Shown here piece after piece: positions 20,281-32,710 of a stretch of DNA of 64,000 nt (positions are counted from its first letter, which is position 1; each line of letters opens with the position of its first letter). The stretch comes from Cladosporium halotolerans (lineage: Eukaryota): assembly GCF_011745625.1 (NCBI RefSeq), contig NW_027191456.1:124001-188000 (forward strand), read 5' to 3'. Position numbers and translations under genes: made by a program. The notes below the pieces were generated by a model. The model was given only the letters and a program-made list of their open reading frames with translations. It had not been told where the DNA came from and searched no databases.

Positions 20281-21904
20281 ATGTACTCCAAGACAGTCCT
20301 GACCTCCGCGGTGTTGTACGGCCTTGCTGCCGCTGCGCCTCAGGGTAGCCCTTCCCAGTACGCCTCTGAGGACAGCACCTTCGCGGCCAACAATCAGGAC
20401 GGTGTTGTCCCTGGCTACACCAACGCCGCCGCTACCTGGGTTGATGAGACTCCTGCCGCCATCACTCCTCTCGCATCGGAGTTCGACAGCGCGTCTGATG
20501 TGTCTGCTACGTTCACTACCCCGGTGACCACCGGCACGGCTGCTGCTGGCCCCCAGCGTAGCTCTATGCCGACCGGCGCGACCTCCCATGGTCCGTACAG
20601 CGGCGAGCCCACCACTACCGGCGCTGTTTCCACCACAGCTCTGGACACTACTATTCCCATGCTGGGCCCGAACCCGACTGCCACTTACTACAACACTGAT
20701 GGCAAGCTCACCGAGCCCCAGCCCATCCCTTACGTCCCGGCTGGCGGTCTTGGTACCAACGGTACCACGCCGCGTTACATGGTTGAGAGCGACTTCGACT
20801 ACGAGTCTATTACTCTTGGCCTTTACCAGGAGTGGATTGAGCTCGATCTCTTCAACAATGGCCTTGCCATCTTCTCTGAGGAGGACTTCATCGCCGCTGG
20901 TCTCACTGCTGAGGACCGCGCTTTGATCTCTTTCATGGCTCAGCAAGAGCAGGGTCACGCTACTCTCCTTTCCAACATGCTCGGAGAGACTGCGCCGCCG
21001 CAGTGCACTTACAATTACCCGTTCACCAACGTCCGCGAGTTCGTCGACTTCAACCAGATTCTTACCCGTTGGGGTGAGTCCGGTGTGTGGGGCTTCATCA
21101 ACCACCTCGACTCTCGCGAGGTCGGCCAGCTCCTCGCTCAGTCTATTGCTACTGAGGCTCGCCAGGAGATGATCTTCCGTCAAATGAGCGGTCTTCACCC
21201 GATGCCGGTCTGGTTTGAGGCCGGTATCCCCCAATCTTGGGCCTGGACTTTCCTCGCACCGTACATTAGCTCATGCCCCGAGAACACTACTCGTCTTTCT
21301 TGGCAAAATATGCCAGCGCTACACAATGTTAATGCCGCCAATATCAACCGTATTCACCCCAACAACACTGCGGACTGGGAGCGCACCGGCAACCGGACAT
21401 CCGACCCGGCTACCACCGATATCCCAGCCGACGAGTCTTGCGTTAACCTTAACGTCACTGGCTACGGCTGTGGCCCTGCTATTTCTCGTAACCGCTCTGA
21501 GCCGCTTTCTTTTGCTGGTAAGGAGGTCCGTTTTGTGTGGGACAGCCCGGGTCTTCCCGTTGGCCCCAACAACAGCTACGTTACCGACACGCTTGCCGGC
21601 GAGCCTCAGTTTGTTGCCTGGGTTAACCAGCTCAACATGACCTACACTCCTTTGACAAAGACTGGATCCAACGAGGGTTACACTTACCAGCCCGCTGGTG
21701 AGGTCTACGAGGGCGGCGCCAGCATTGTCAACGACACCATGTTCGTTGCTCTGACTGACTCCAACCCTTACCTCACCCCCTTCAACCTGAGCATGCTCAA
21801 CCCTCACATTGTAAGTTCCATTCGATCCATCGACCGTGCCTCGCATAAGTTACATATCGCTAACCAACTCTCAGGTCGCTCTCGGTGTTTACCAGGCTGG
21901 TTAA
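20281..21904 (+). CDS. Secreted ferritin-like-domain stress protein (Rds1-like)
   Basis: Signal peptide MYSKTVLTSAVLYGLAAAAP, Thr/Ser-rich linker, LGLYQEWIELDLF, QEQGHA, LTRWGESGV, IATEARQ (diiron-type Glu/His pattern); final intron 21811-21874. Confidence 0.8.
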
Positions 21905-23533
21905 ATCAAGGTCTATAACCTTTTGACAACCTCATCATCAAAAAAGTCTGGATAGTTTCCAGGCTAACTTTCAGTCAAGCGAGATTATCTTCGCTTGCAC
22001 ATTTCGTATTGTATGACTATGACGTTGTATGCCAAAAGCAACGATTACCTAGATCTAGATCTAATGCTACAATTGTAATAACGATTTCATCCCGTAAATG
22101 CATGCTTTTTAATCAAGTCTCTCAAGCAATTTCATAGTATTCCAATCGTTTGTTGCACTGCTACGCCATATGTTCGCAAGGCGTACCTCACTTCAGTAGC
22201 GCTGACGTTGTGGCGGCCTCAGGCTGCAACCCGACTTTGGCTCGCTATGTCCACGCCCTGCGTCTCCCACGTCTTCGCGCTGCTGCCAATGTTGTCATGC
22301 ACGACCTATCATGCCCGACCTTTGTGTCACCCCCGCAGAGATAACAAACCTTCATGGTAACATTCGGACATTCAATCGGTGTGAAAATGTAACGTGATGC
22401 ATAGCCGTCAGGCGAGAGCGACAATGTAGTCTGCTTTAGCATACGACGTGCAGCCCTCAGTAGAATTATTCACAAGCTGACGTAGGATCACAAGAGAATA
22501 GCGACAAGTTATTAAATAGAAGCTTGATTCCATTCGCACCTTGAACTGATTTGCACTTCCGGCACAATCATCTCAGCTGTTTCCGTGCATCTTGTGCTAC
22601 GATGCTCTTCAATCGAGGCGCCAATGTCAGAAGACATGAACCACTCGTAGCAATCACTGCAGGACGCGATCGCAATAAGAGCCGAGTATTCAGTGGTCGA
22701 ATCAATCAATTGAACTATGAAACATGTTTCTGCAAGCGCGCGACAATGTGCTGTTGACACTGAGCAGGTATGTTGAGGGTTATCAGGGTTAGGGTTGGGG
22801 TATCGCTCTGAGCTTATCGGGTCGCATATTGTCTGATTTTTCCCTCGGTGGTTGCGACATACACTAACCGATCATTTTGTTGTAGTATCAGGCTTTGCTG
22901 ATGCCATGTTCAGATATTACAGAGTATGCTCTGCGTAGGAGCAGTTATGTCAAACTGAATTCAGCCGCTCACTATTCACGCCAGAGCTGTCTCGCTCCAT
23001 CGCTTACCCGCAAATTTGAGGTCTACAAGGTTCTGTCATGAAGTAAACTTCCTTCGGGCACTCTATTCTCTGAAAGAAAAAGGACCTATATCTTATTGCC
23101 TTTTCATCTAGCTATCGAGACCCAATTTTTGGCACTGCGAATTGAGAATCTTCGCTATACCAGAACGCGTTACAGTCTTCTAACGCCCACAAACTTTCGC
23201 ATGCGCGATGGATACCCCACCTCGCTTTCTCCTCTCTTGAACTCTATTATCCGAGAAAATGTCCGAACACTGGCATCAACAACCCTTGCTGGTAAGCTTT
23301 GGCGTCGGAGGAATTATGCTGTTCCTGCAGAAAGTTACATTCTTAGTGGTGCACTCTCCCCGGCACCCCACCGTCATCTCTTAGGTCGATGCGGAGCTGA
23401 CTTGCCTGTCCCGATCACGAGGCACCTGAGTGGGTAAGATTGATTCCTTCATATTCTTCCTCATGCCTGCCGTGCCTGCTTTCCTTTCTCATGGTGGCCT
23501 CACCTGTCAATCTGTACAGCATTAGCCTTCTCC

Positions 23534-25682
23534 ATGTATTCACAGGTTTTGTTCGCCCTGATGGGCGCGGTAGCATCTCAAACAACTTCTGGGACCCCAA
23601 CAAACCAGTCCATCACAGCCTCTGCTGCATACAACGGGTCAACTACTCCGAGTCCGACAAGTCCTATCCTGCAGCTGAATCTCAACTTGGAAGATGTGTG
23701 GGATCTGCTCATTGGGCCGGTAGCCGTGGCTAACACGACGACCACATATTCGCCAACTCCAGTCCCATCTAGTTCGCTCATTCCACCGCCTCCGCTCTAC
23801 TATAGTCCATTTCCCACAGGGCAGCAGGTGCCATTGACACCGAAGAACGAATCGTGGTCATTTCCCTCGGACTTCTGGTAAGTAGTGCAGTTGTGGGCGT
23901 GGATGGTACCGGCCTGACCGCGACAATGTACAGGTGGGGTGTTGCTGGAGCCGCGTTTCAAATCGAAGGTGCAGCGAAAGACGAAGGTCGTGGACCAAGT
24001 GTCTGGGACGCTCTCACTCGGGTGACAAACCACATCGTCGACAACTCGACGGCCGACGTGGCAGACAACGTAAGCTACATTACCCACCGAAGATATCTCT
24101 AGACAGACTCCTTACATACTCTAGAACTACTACATGTACAAAGAGGATATCTCTCGCCTCGCTGCTCAAGGCGTCAAGATTTACAGCTTTTCACTATCCT
24201 GGTCTCGCATTCTACCCTTCGGAAGAGGACCTGTGAATCAGCAAGCCATTGACCACTACAACGATCTCATCAATACCTGCATCGAGTACGGTGTTGAGCC
24301 TTCAGTCACGCTTTATCACTGGGACACGCCGCTAGTGCTTCAGGACACGTACGGTGGCTGGTTGAGTGAAGACATCGTGCCGGACTTTGTAGAGTACGCT
24401 CGCATCGCGTTCGAAGCATTCGGTGATAGGGTCAGCAAATGGTATACAGTAAGTCCTGCGAATGATCTGGTTCTCGAACGTAGATCCACCGACTGACATG
24501 CATCGCAGGTGAACGAACGTACGTCTCTTTCCAATCCATGACGTTTATCCTTTACTCAACCTATTCAAAGCCACATGCATTTGCCAGAGAGATGCTAATA
24601 TCCAGCAGCTATTGTCTTTTGTAACCAATACCCACTGCCAGCCCAATACTTCAAGAACTTCACAATCCCCAACAAACAGCAGCCCTTCCACTGCGGCCAA
24701 TCCGTCCTCCTCGCACACTCCCAAGCCTATCACGTCGGCAAGTCCATTCTCGGAGACCACTCATCCATCACCTACAAGAACAACGGCGGCTACAAAATCC
24801 CGCTCACGAACTCATCAGCCGACGCTCAAGCTGTTCAGCGCGCGTGGGATTTCAACGAAGGATGGTTCTCCGATCCAGTGTACTTGACAGGCGACTATCC
24901 CGAAAGCGTCAAAGAGTACGTCTCGGGCTTCCTCCGTGACTTCACCGACGAAGAGAAGCAGCAGATTCTCGGCTCGAGTGACTTCTATGCCCACGATGCA
25001 TACACAGCTCAATTCTACATGGCGCCGGACTCGGGCCTTGACTCCTGCATTGGCAACGTGACCCACCCTCTCTACCCATCCTGTGCCAACACCACATACA
25101 CATACTCCGCCGAAGACGGCGGCTGGGTCATCGGACCTGCCGCTGATCCCGGCTCGCCATGGCTGCACAAGGCTACAGACTGGGTGCCTGCGTTCCTCAA
25201 GTACATGCAAGACACCTGGGTGACGCCCTCTCCAGGCCCTGTCAAGGGCGTAGCCGTGACCGAATTCGGGTTCGCAGAACCATTCGAGGGATCGAAGACG
25301 CTGCTGCAGGATATTCTCTACGACGCCGTGAGGACGAGCTACTACCACGACTACATGGAGGCGATCCTCATGGCGATTGCCGAGGGCACTGATGTGGTGG
25401 GATGTCTTGCTTGGTCGTTCGTGGACAACTTTGTGAGGCTCCCCCAAGATCATGGATTGTAGACCCGGCTGACCACTTTGATGCGCAGGAATGGCAACAG
25501 GGATATGCCTCCAGATTCGGTATGCAATATGTCAACTTCTCCGACCCGGCTGTACGTTCACCTATCCATGTTCTATGACATGCAACCCACTTACGATGTT
25601 CTAGTTGCCTCGCTACTACAAAGCAAGTTTCTTTGAGTACATCAATGCGTTCAAGATCTATGGGAGTGAGGGGGGTGATTAG
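23534..25682 (+). CDS. Secreted glycoside hydrolase family 1 beta-glucosidase
   Basis: Signal peptide; FPSDFW/WGVAGAAFQIEG, YSFSLSWSRI, TLYHWD, TVNEP (acid/base, on a micro-exon), VTEFG (nucleophile), WSFVDNFEW; about six introns. Confidence 0.9.
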
Positions 25683-25859
25683 CCGGGCTCACTAGATAGC
25701 AACGATCTGATCTGTGAAGAGTTGTGGAAAGTGTCCTCCATGAGTTTATGTTGCAGGTAGCCCACGGCAAATAGATCCCACTCCGGTTCAGTCTTTTTGG
25801 ATACCACAGCATGTTAGAGCTTGTCGTGCAGAGTCGCGATGTAAGGGGATGTCACTCAC

Positions 25860-26400
25860 GATGCCACTGACGGGCTTTCTCTTGCCACGGGCACGAGGCG
25901 GAGAGGGGTCTCTGCTGGCTCCGATTTTGCCCTTGGGGCGAAGTGTGGTGATGGCAGCTTGTGGACCTCCGGCCTTTTTGCCACCGGCGCTGACCTTGGT
26001 CTGCGTTGTCTTTTTGTGACTTCATTGGGTAGTCAAGGTTGAAACTTTACGTGCCTGGGGTTCGTAAACGCCGTCTGACTCTTCGTCTGACTGGTCGCTT
26101 GTGTTGATAGGAGCTGCCTTGACGCCAGCCGTTTGGCTCCTGGTTGTCGGACCCGAACCGGGAGGCCTCGCGTTCCCGTCGTCGGAAGCAGCTTGTTCTT
26201 CTTGTTCACGGCCTTTGCTTTCTTGTGGATCGATGAACTCCGCGTCCGCCGCCTCGACGGCTTTCAGGGCACGCTCGCGCCGTGGGTTATACAGTCCGTG
26301 GACCAATCGGCCGTACGGCGAACCCATCGCTTGTGTTGATAGGAATACCAACGTCTCTCCGGAAGTAGGGTTTTCAACAGGCACGCCATTGATGGTATTA
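25860..26400 (-). CDS. Hypothetical protein (fragmentary model, boundaries uncertain)
   Basis: ORF 26022-26384 has protein-like composition (acidic/basic low complexity) and possible flanking splice sites; no recognisable family. Confidence 0.3.
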
Positions 26401-26704
26401 GCGCACAGATGACTGGTTCCCCTTGAGGTGTGTCCATCGCCGCGGCATGTCTCCGACAGTAGTGATTGACCAGCGGATCATGGATGACGGTACTGACACG
26501 AGGAAGCACTCGCGTCGTGTTCAAAATCATTTCCCCAACCGGGTGGAAGAGGATGTTAATCCTACAATCGTTGGTCTGAGCTCGGCGAAACACCCTGTAA
26601 GTTCAGTGTACCTACGAAATAACAAATGAAATGACTTTTGACATTGTTGCATAGTATTCATTTTCATTGCCCTAATCTATAATTCATCTTTTATTCGTCG
26701 CCTC

Positions 26705-29700
26705 TTATGAAGAAGCACCACCGCGGCCTCCAACCTTGTTCAGCGCCTCGACTTGCTCCTTGCTAAGCTCGATCTTCGGCAGCTCGCCCTGCGGCGGCTT
26801 CTGCATGAAACCCCTAGCAACAAGGAACGCCAAGTACGAGCCAACCGCCTCAGCGGTAACGCCAGGAGGACCACTGCCGACCGAAAGCTCCTTGTCGGCT
26901 TCGAGCGCGGCCTGAGCGTTCTGGTCCTCGAGCATCGGCGCCTTGGAAGCCTCGGGCAGGTTCGAGGTTACCATATGGTACAGGCCGAGCAGAGCCAGCT
27001 CCTCCTTGTCGTCGCCGGCTTCAACGTACGCCTCGACGCTCTTGCGCCACGCATCGTAGCTGACCTGCGGCACGCTGTAGCCGTACTGCTCGAGCGTGGC
27101 GAGGTACTCGTTCATAGTGAGCCTGGGGTGGGCCTCGACGTGGGCAGTGCTGCCGCCCTTGCCGCGCAGCGACATGGAGAGCACGAGCTTGGCGACGTGC
27201 GGGACGGGGACCATGTTGATAGTGTTGGCGACGTCCGGGCGCGAGCCGACCTGCACGCAGCCCTTGAGCATGCGCACGAGGAAGTCGTCGAGGTTGCTGA
27301 CGCCGGACTTGGCGTCGCCCATCACGTAGCCGGAGCGCAGGATGACGGCGTCGAGGCCGCGCTTGCAGGCTTCGCGGATGACGTGCTCGGACACCCACTT
27401 GCTCTGCCCGTAGCCGGTGCCGAGGCCCTGGCGGGAGGACTCGAGGTCGTCGGACTCGGAGATGGGCGTGCCGGACTCGGATTGCTCGATGAAAGCGTCG
27501 GAGTCGAGGGCGCTGGTGGAGCTGATGAAGGAGAGGCGCTTGGGGCGGCCTTGGGAGCAGAGCTTGATGGCCTCGACGGTGCTCTGGACGTTGGCGGCCT
27601 TCAGGTTCTCGTACGGCATGAGCCAGTGGACGCGAGCGCCGTTGTGGATGATGAGGTCGACGCCGTCGACGATGGTCTTGTAATCGGCGTCGCTCATGCC
27701 CAGGTTGGGCTTCTCCAGGTCGCCTACCACGACCTCAAGAATGCCTTCACTGACCCACCAGTCTTGCCAGAGGCCGTAAGCAGTGCATGTCTGCTTGATG
27801 CGAGCCAAACCGTCTTGTTGCGACTTGGCGCGGACGTGTGCGTAGACGTGGTTGGGCGACTTGCGCATCATAGCCTCGTAGAGGAGGTAGGCACCCAGGA
27901 AACCTGTGGCGCCTGTAAGGAGGATGTTGAGGCCATTCTGGAAGTTTCCAAGCTTGGCGGTAGGGTAGGAGTCGCTGAGCTGTTCGATCTGTACAAGTGC
28001 ATCGTTGGCGTAGTGCTCAGGCTGGTCTTCTTCACCAGCAGCTGCATCAAGTCTCAGACCGACAGGGTCAAGCGAGCGGTCGATGTACTTAGCAACGCTC
28101 TGGAGAGTAGGATCCCTTGTCATGATGTGCATGGGAATGTTGGCACCGGCCCATCTCTTGTTGATCTTCGGGACAATCTGCACGGTCATGATGCTGTTGC
28201 CACCCATGTCGAAAAAGCTAGTGTCGCGAGGCAGAGCATTCGCAGGCTTGCGGAGGAGACCCGCCCAGATGTCGGCCAAAGCCTTCTCGGTTTCAGTTCG
28301 TGATTCAAGATCGGTGGCGGTGGTAACGCTTCCTAAGAGGTCGGCCTCCTCGGGGAACGGTAGTACTCGCTTGTCGACCTTGCCGTTCGGATTCAGTGGC
28401 AGCCTCAACATAGGGATGAAAAGGGTGGGGACGGCATAGACAGGCAGCTTCGCCTTGAGGGTCTCACGAATGTCATCGGTGAGTTTGCCAAAGATCTGGA
28501 AGCGTTGCTTGATCGAAGGGTTGCCTTCAGTGCTAGGTGTCGAAGCTCCGTTGGCACTCTGCTCGTGCCAGTCGCGCCACATGTTGAGATCAGGAACGTA
28601 GTAGGAAACGAGAATATGTTCCTCGTTGTGGTCGCGCTTGACGAGAGTGACGTTCTCACGGATCAGAGGGTGCTTGCTCAAGTGAGTGTCAATCTCACCC
28701 AGCTCGATACGGAAGCCTCTAATCTTAACTTGATCGTCCGCGCGGCCGCAGCACTCCACATTGCCGTCAGGCATGTAGCGACCAAGGTCACCGGATCTGT
28801 ACATGCGATCACGGGGGCCGTGGAAGAATTCTCTCCAGGGTTCCGCCTGGCTAGCAGCTCGCTTCTTGTCTTCGTCAACCCAGCGCTGCTCGTTAGTGAA
28901 CCAGTTGCGGACGAACTTCTCCCTGTTCTTGTCCTCGTCGCCAAGGTAGCCCTCCGCGAGACCACCAGCTCTGACGTAAATCTCTCCAATTTCGCCAATC
29001 TCACACTGGCGCTCTTTCTTTTCGCGATCAACCACAAGAAGCTGAACATCCTGCATACCCATACCAGCGGGAATAACGTCGCTCATCTGCCCGAGATAAG
29101 TTGCATCCTCGTTGAGACTAGGAATCTCGTAGTATGAAACGGCACGCTGAGTCTCAGTGGTGCCGTACATGTTCTTGATCCTGCAGTTGGGTGCGAGCTG
29201 TTGCAGTCTGCGGCAGTCACGCTTGAGGAGGATGTCACCTACGAAGAACGCGTTCTTCAGGCTAGGGATCTTTGGCTCGGTCGAGCCGAGCAAGATCTGA
29301 CCCATAGCGGGTGTGAGATGGGTCACAGAGATCTTGTTGGTAGAGACCCAGCTGGCCAAACGATCGAAAGTAATGTCCTCGGCGGGAGGCACGACCAGCG
29401 TTGCGCCCAAGAACAGCGGAGTGAATATGTCTCTTTGAATTGGATCGTGGGCAATACCAGAAAGCATGCTGAATCGCTCGGTCTCGTTCATGTTGAAACG
29501 CTTGGCCATGAAGGGGAAGTAGTAAGCCAGAGAAAAGTGACGGCCGCGGACACCCTTTGGTCTACCCTCAGATCCAGAAGTGAAGGATAGCGTCGGGATG
29601 CTGTCGGGTCCCACAGTTACACCAGGAAGGTCTGCCTTCTTGGAAAGCTGTGCGTCGAAGATGTCCTTGCCGTTGACATTGCCACCGACGACAGAACCAT

Positions 29701-30205
29701 CGTTCTGCAGCTTGAGGGCAGGAACCTCAGTACGGATCTCCAGAGACGAGCCAATGTAGTCACGGACTGACTGACTCAGAGGTCCGGCCTCTTGAGTTGC
29801 TTTGTCGATTACAACCAACGCCCTAGGCTTCGCTACGTCGAGGTAGATGATCTGCCTGTCCGAGGGGTATGCTGGGTCGATGACGGAGAAAGTGGCACCG
29901 GCCTTCAGGGTACCCATTACCGCCACGACAAGGTCAACGCCACGATGCGAGTACAGCATGACGACCTCTCCCCGTTGGACGCCATTGGAGACGAGGTGGT
30001 GGGCGAGAACGTTACTCGCCTCGTTGATCTGCTGGTAGGAGAAGACACGCTCTGGGGCGGTCGAGCACGCTGTCTCGACGACGCATTCTCTCTCTGGGTG
30101 CGCCTTTGCGTTTTTAGAAAAGATCTCGTGGATGGCGCCGTAGTAACCAGACCAGTTCAGATCGGAGGTCGGATCCGGACGAACGTCGCCCGCTGAGAGA
30201 GCCAT
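26705..30205 (-). CDS. LYS2: L-2-aminoadipate reductase (A-T-R NRPS-like)
   Basis: PDPTSDLNW start; A-domain SFTSGSEGRPKG, SGIAHDPIQRDIFTPLFLG, YGTTETQR, YRSGDLG; T-domain FFDMGGNS; reductase LTGATGFLG and GYGQSKW. Confidence 0.95.
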   Translation of the reverse strand: MALSAGDVRPDPTSDLNWSGYYGAIHEIFSKNAKAHPERECVVETACSTAPERVFSYQQINEASNVLAHHLVSNGVQRGEVVMLYSHRGVDLVVAVMGTLKAGATFSVIDPAYPSDRQIIYLDVAKPRALVVIDKATQEAGPLSQSVRDYIGSSLEIRTEVPALKLQNDGSVVGGNVNGKDIFDAQLSKKADLPGVTVGPDSIPTLSFTSGSEGRPKGVRGRHFSLAYYFPFMAKRFNMNETERFSMLSGIAHDPIQRDIFTPLFLGATLVVPPAEDITFDRLASWVSTNKISVTHLTPAMGQILLGSTEPKIPSLKNAFFVGDILLKRDCRRLQQLAPNCRIKNMYGTTETQRAVSYYEIPSLNEDATYLGQMSDVIPAGMGMQDVQLLVVDREKKERQCEIGEIGEIYVRAGGLAEGYLGDEDKNREKFVRNWFTNEQRWVDEDKKRAASQAEPWREFFHGPRDRMYRSGDLGRYMPDGNVECCGRADDQVKIRGFRIELGEIDTHLSKHPLIRENVTLVKRDHNEEHILVSYYVPDLNMWRDWHEQSANGASTPSTEGNPSIKQRFQIFGKLTDDIRETLKAKLPVYAVPTLFIPMLRLPLNPNGKVDKRVLPFPEEADLLGSVTTATDLESRTETEKALADIWAGLLRKPANALPRDTSFFDMGGNSIMTVQIVPKINKRWAGANIPMHIMTRDPTLQSVAKYIDRSLDPVGLRLDAAAGEEDQPEHYANDALVQIEQLSDSYPTAKLGNFQNGLNILLTGATGFLGAYLLYEAMMRKSPNHVYAHVRAKSQQDGLARIKQTCTAYGLWQDWWVSEGILEVVVGDLEKPNLGMSDADYKTIVDGVDLIIHNGARVHWLMPYENLKAANVQSTVEAIKLCSQGRPKRLSFISSTSALDSDAFIEQSESGTPISESDDLESSRQGLGTGYGQSKWVSEHVIREACKRGLDAVILRSGYVMGDAKSGVSNLDDFLVRMLKGCVQVGSRPDVANTINMVPVPHVAKLVLSMSLRGKGGSTAHVEAHPRLTMNEYLATLEQYGYSVPQVSYDAWRKSVEAYVEAGDDKEELALLGLYHMVTSNLPEASKAPMLEDQNAQAALEADKELSVGSGPPGVTAEAVGSYLAFLVARGFMQKPPQGELPKIELSKEQVEALNKVGGRGGASS

Positions 30206-30478
30206 GTTGGGTATGGGTGCAGATGATGATAGGCGATCGATGTCTTGTGACTAGATGCCAATTCTGCAGTGCTAGTGCCGATGTCGGTTGCCCGATGGGG
30301 GCGATCGAGTGGTCAGCAGCACTTGGTTGTGTCTCTGGAGCGTGTATACGTAGCTCCTGAAAGGGCCAGTCTTTCGGTAGTCTGGCTATTGCTGTTCAGC
30401 CTGTTGCTGTATAGGTAAGACCGCAATGCTCAGTTTGCGTGGATCGAACTCGTCCTCCAGCCAATGCGTCATCTGCCG

Positions 30479-30484
30479 TGACTC
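30479..30484. promoter_or_regulatory. Candidate Gcn4/CpcA (cross-pathway control) site TGACTC upstream of LYS2
   Basis: TGACTC about 275 bp upstream of the LYS2 ATG; short motif, function inferred. Confidence 0.35.
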
Positions 30485-30778
30485 TCGCACGTCTCGGCTC
30501 GGCGGGCTGCACCAAAATTCTTCTGCCAGCCCTCCCCACACAACACAGCCGGACCCTCCCCAGGGCAGCTAAGCAACGGCTAGCCCCAGGCACCAATCGC
30601 GGGCGGCGGCGCGTAGCGCAGGGTGCGCTGGCTCGCCTGGTTAGGGCCCTAACACGCCTAGGGGCTGGTCCGCGCGGTACCCTGCCATCATCTCACAGAT
30701 GTCTCACGCCTACGCCAGCCTGCGTGTCCCGATCTCCACGCCGCGGTCGCCCTTTAAGACAGCGCCTGTCTGCCCGCC

Positions 30779-32710
30779 ATGGCACAGGTCAGCTTTTTCG
30801 GTGGCCGCAGCAGCCACGGCCACAGGACAGCACGCTCCCAGCGGTCTGCAAGCTCTGTTAAGAAGAGCACCGAGGATCTCAAGGCGAAGAGGGCCGACCT
30901 CGAGGAGCTCCGCCACCGCAGAGACGCATACTCCGGACGACCCGTTACCGAGAGGAAGAGGGTGCATTCCTCCAGTTCTAAACATTCGAAGCCCAGGAAA
31001 ATGGACGATTCCACCACCCGGACCGTGACGGTGACTGAGTACCCCAGCAGCAAACGGAGACCAAGCAACGCCTCGGCAGCCTCATCCCGAAGATCTCACC
31101 GCTCAGGAAAGAGCGAAGACCGCAGAACCGAATACGTCTATGGCACCCAATTTCCTCAGGAAGACCCTTTGGTCCCAACGCACATCGCAGCCAGGAACCT
31201 TGACGATGAACGCGGCTCTGTTCGAAGCGGCCGATCGAGGCGGTCAGCGGCGCCTTCTTTGGCCGACAGCCTCCCAGGACTAAGTGACAAAGAGGTCACA
31301 CCGGACGACAGTATCTCTCAAGTGGCCACACGGGCCCATGCGCCGCGGCCTCGCACAATCATACGCGAGAAGACGCCACCCAGAAGCCACACCCTTCCAG
31401 CAGTTGCGGAGGAGGAAGTCAAGGCTCCATCTCCCGAACTGATCTCTCCCGTCAGGCCTCAGAGGAAGAGGCGCGAATCGTTTCTGGATTCCTTCTTTCG
31501 CAAAAAGCCCTCTTCCGACCTCTCAACTAAACGAGTAGAATGCCTCACGTGCTCCGATGAACTCCCGTCGTCGAAGACCGCTAAACTCTCATGTGGCCAC
31601 CGAATGTGCCATTCATGCCTGAAGCGCCTTTTCCGCATGGCCGTCAACGACCCCGCCCACATGCCTCCCCGCTGTTGCACTTCGGATCACATCCCACTGT
31701 CACACGTCGAAGACCTGTTCGACTTGAAGTTCAAAGTCAACTTCAACAAGAAATACGACGAGTACCACTCACGTAACCGCATATACTGCCCCAACGCTAA
31801 ATGCGGCATCTGGATCCGACCCTCGAACTTCCACACAGAGAAAGGCCGCAAGTGCGCCACCTGCCCGAAATGCAAGACCAAAGCCTGCACTATGTGTGGC
31901 GGCAAATTCCACAAATCCGCCGATTGCCCCAAGGATCCTGAGATTGCTCGCCTGGTCCAACAGGCTGAGAAGGAAGGCTGGAAGCGCTGCTATCAGTGCA
32001 ACGCTATGGTCGAGCTCCGCGAGGGCTGCAATCATATGAAGTGCCGCTGCACGGCTGAGTTCTGCATGGTGTGCGGTGATAAGTGGAAGACGTGCGATTG
32101 CCCTTGGTTCAACTACCGAGATGTGCCGGACACTGATCGGTTGAATGGGATGCGCATTGCCGAGCCAATGCGTGTGATCTATCGGAGGGTCTTCGATGGA
32201 GGCGCGCCCAGACCGGCGGATGCACCTGGTGGTCCGCCTGGAGAACCCGTGGGTGCCGTGTCTGCTGGCAGACGTGGCCAAGGGTTGCAAATACGCTCTT
32301 ACACCGAAGAGATGGAGCAGCGACGACGACAAGAGCGCGATGATGCTGATCTCGCAAGGAGGATGCAGATACACAGCATCATCGGCGATCCAGCGGCAGA
32401 TCAATCTCGCAGGAGTCGCCGAAACGTTCACCCCGAGGAACAGAATGTGGTCAACTTGGGCAACTCAGCTGAGCACTTCATGAACGACGACTTCAGACGT
32501 GTCGGCAGGGGGCCCGGAGAAGGCACCATGGTCAACTTTGGTGACGCAGCTATGGGTATGCGCGGAGAGAGGGCGAGCGGAAGGAGGAAGAGGACTTCGA
32601 GAGCCAGCCGCCCGCCGCCCGCTATGGATGGAGGTCTCGTGGGAGACTTCTTGGGCAGTGAAAGTATTCTTGGCATGGGCCCGAGTAGACCAAGGCGATC
32701 ATATGCATAG
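30779..32710 (+). CDS. RBR (RING-IBR-RING) E3 ubiquitin ligase
   Basis: CLTC...CGHRMCHSC, YCPNAKC...CPKCKTKACTMC...H...C, KRCYQC...EGCNHMKCRCTAEFCMVC. Confidence 0.9.
   Translation: MAQVSFFGGRSSHGHRTARSQRSASSVKKSTEDLKAKRADLEELRHRRDAYSGRPVTERKRVHSSSSKHSKPRKMDDSTTRTVTVTEYPSSKRRPSNASAASSRRSHRSGKSEDRRTEYVYGTQFPQEDPLVPTHIAARNLDDERGSVRSGRSRRSAAPSLADSLPGLSDKEVTPDDSISQVATRAHAPRPRTIIREKTPPRSHTLPAVAEEEVKAPSPELISPVRPQRKRRESFLDSFFRKKPSSDLSTKRVECLTCSDELPSSKTAKLSCGHRMCHSCLKRLFRMAVNDPAHMPPRCCTSDHIPLSHVEDLFDLKFKVNFNKKYDEYHSRNRIYCPNAKCGIWIRPSNFHTEKGRKCATCPKCKTKACTMCGGKFHKSADCPKDPEIARLVQQAEKEGWKRCYQCNAMVELREGCNHMKCRCTAEFCMVCGDKWKTCDCPWFNYRDVPDTDRLNGMRIAEPMRVIYRRVFDGGAPRPADAPGGPPGEPVGAVSAGRRGQGLQIRSYTEEMEQRRRQERDDADLARRMQIHSIIGDPAADQSRRSRRNVHPEEQNVVNLGNSAEHFMNDDFRRVGRGPGEGTMVNFGDAAMGMRGERASGRRKRTSRASRPPPAMDGGLVGDFLGSESILGMGPSRPRRSYA

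Noticed and set aside
22776..22800. Telomere-like AGGGTT words
   Set aside because: Only about three imperfect units in internal intergenic DNA; compatible with chance
26705..30205. NRPS-like secondary metabolite cluster around the A-T-R gene
   Set aside because: The motifs identify primary-metabolism Lys2, and the neighbours are not tailoring enzymes
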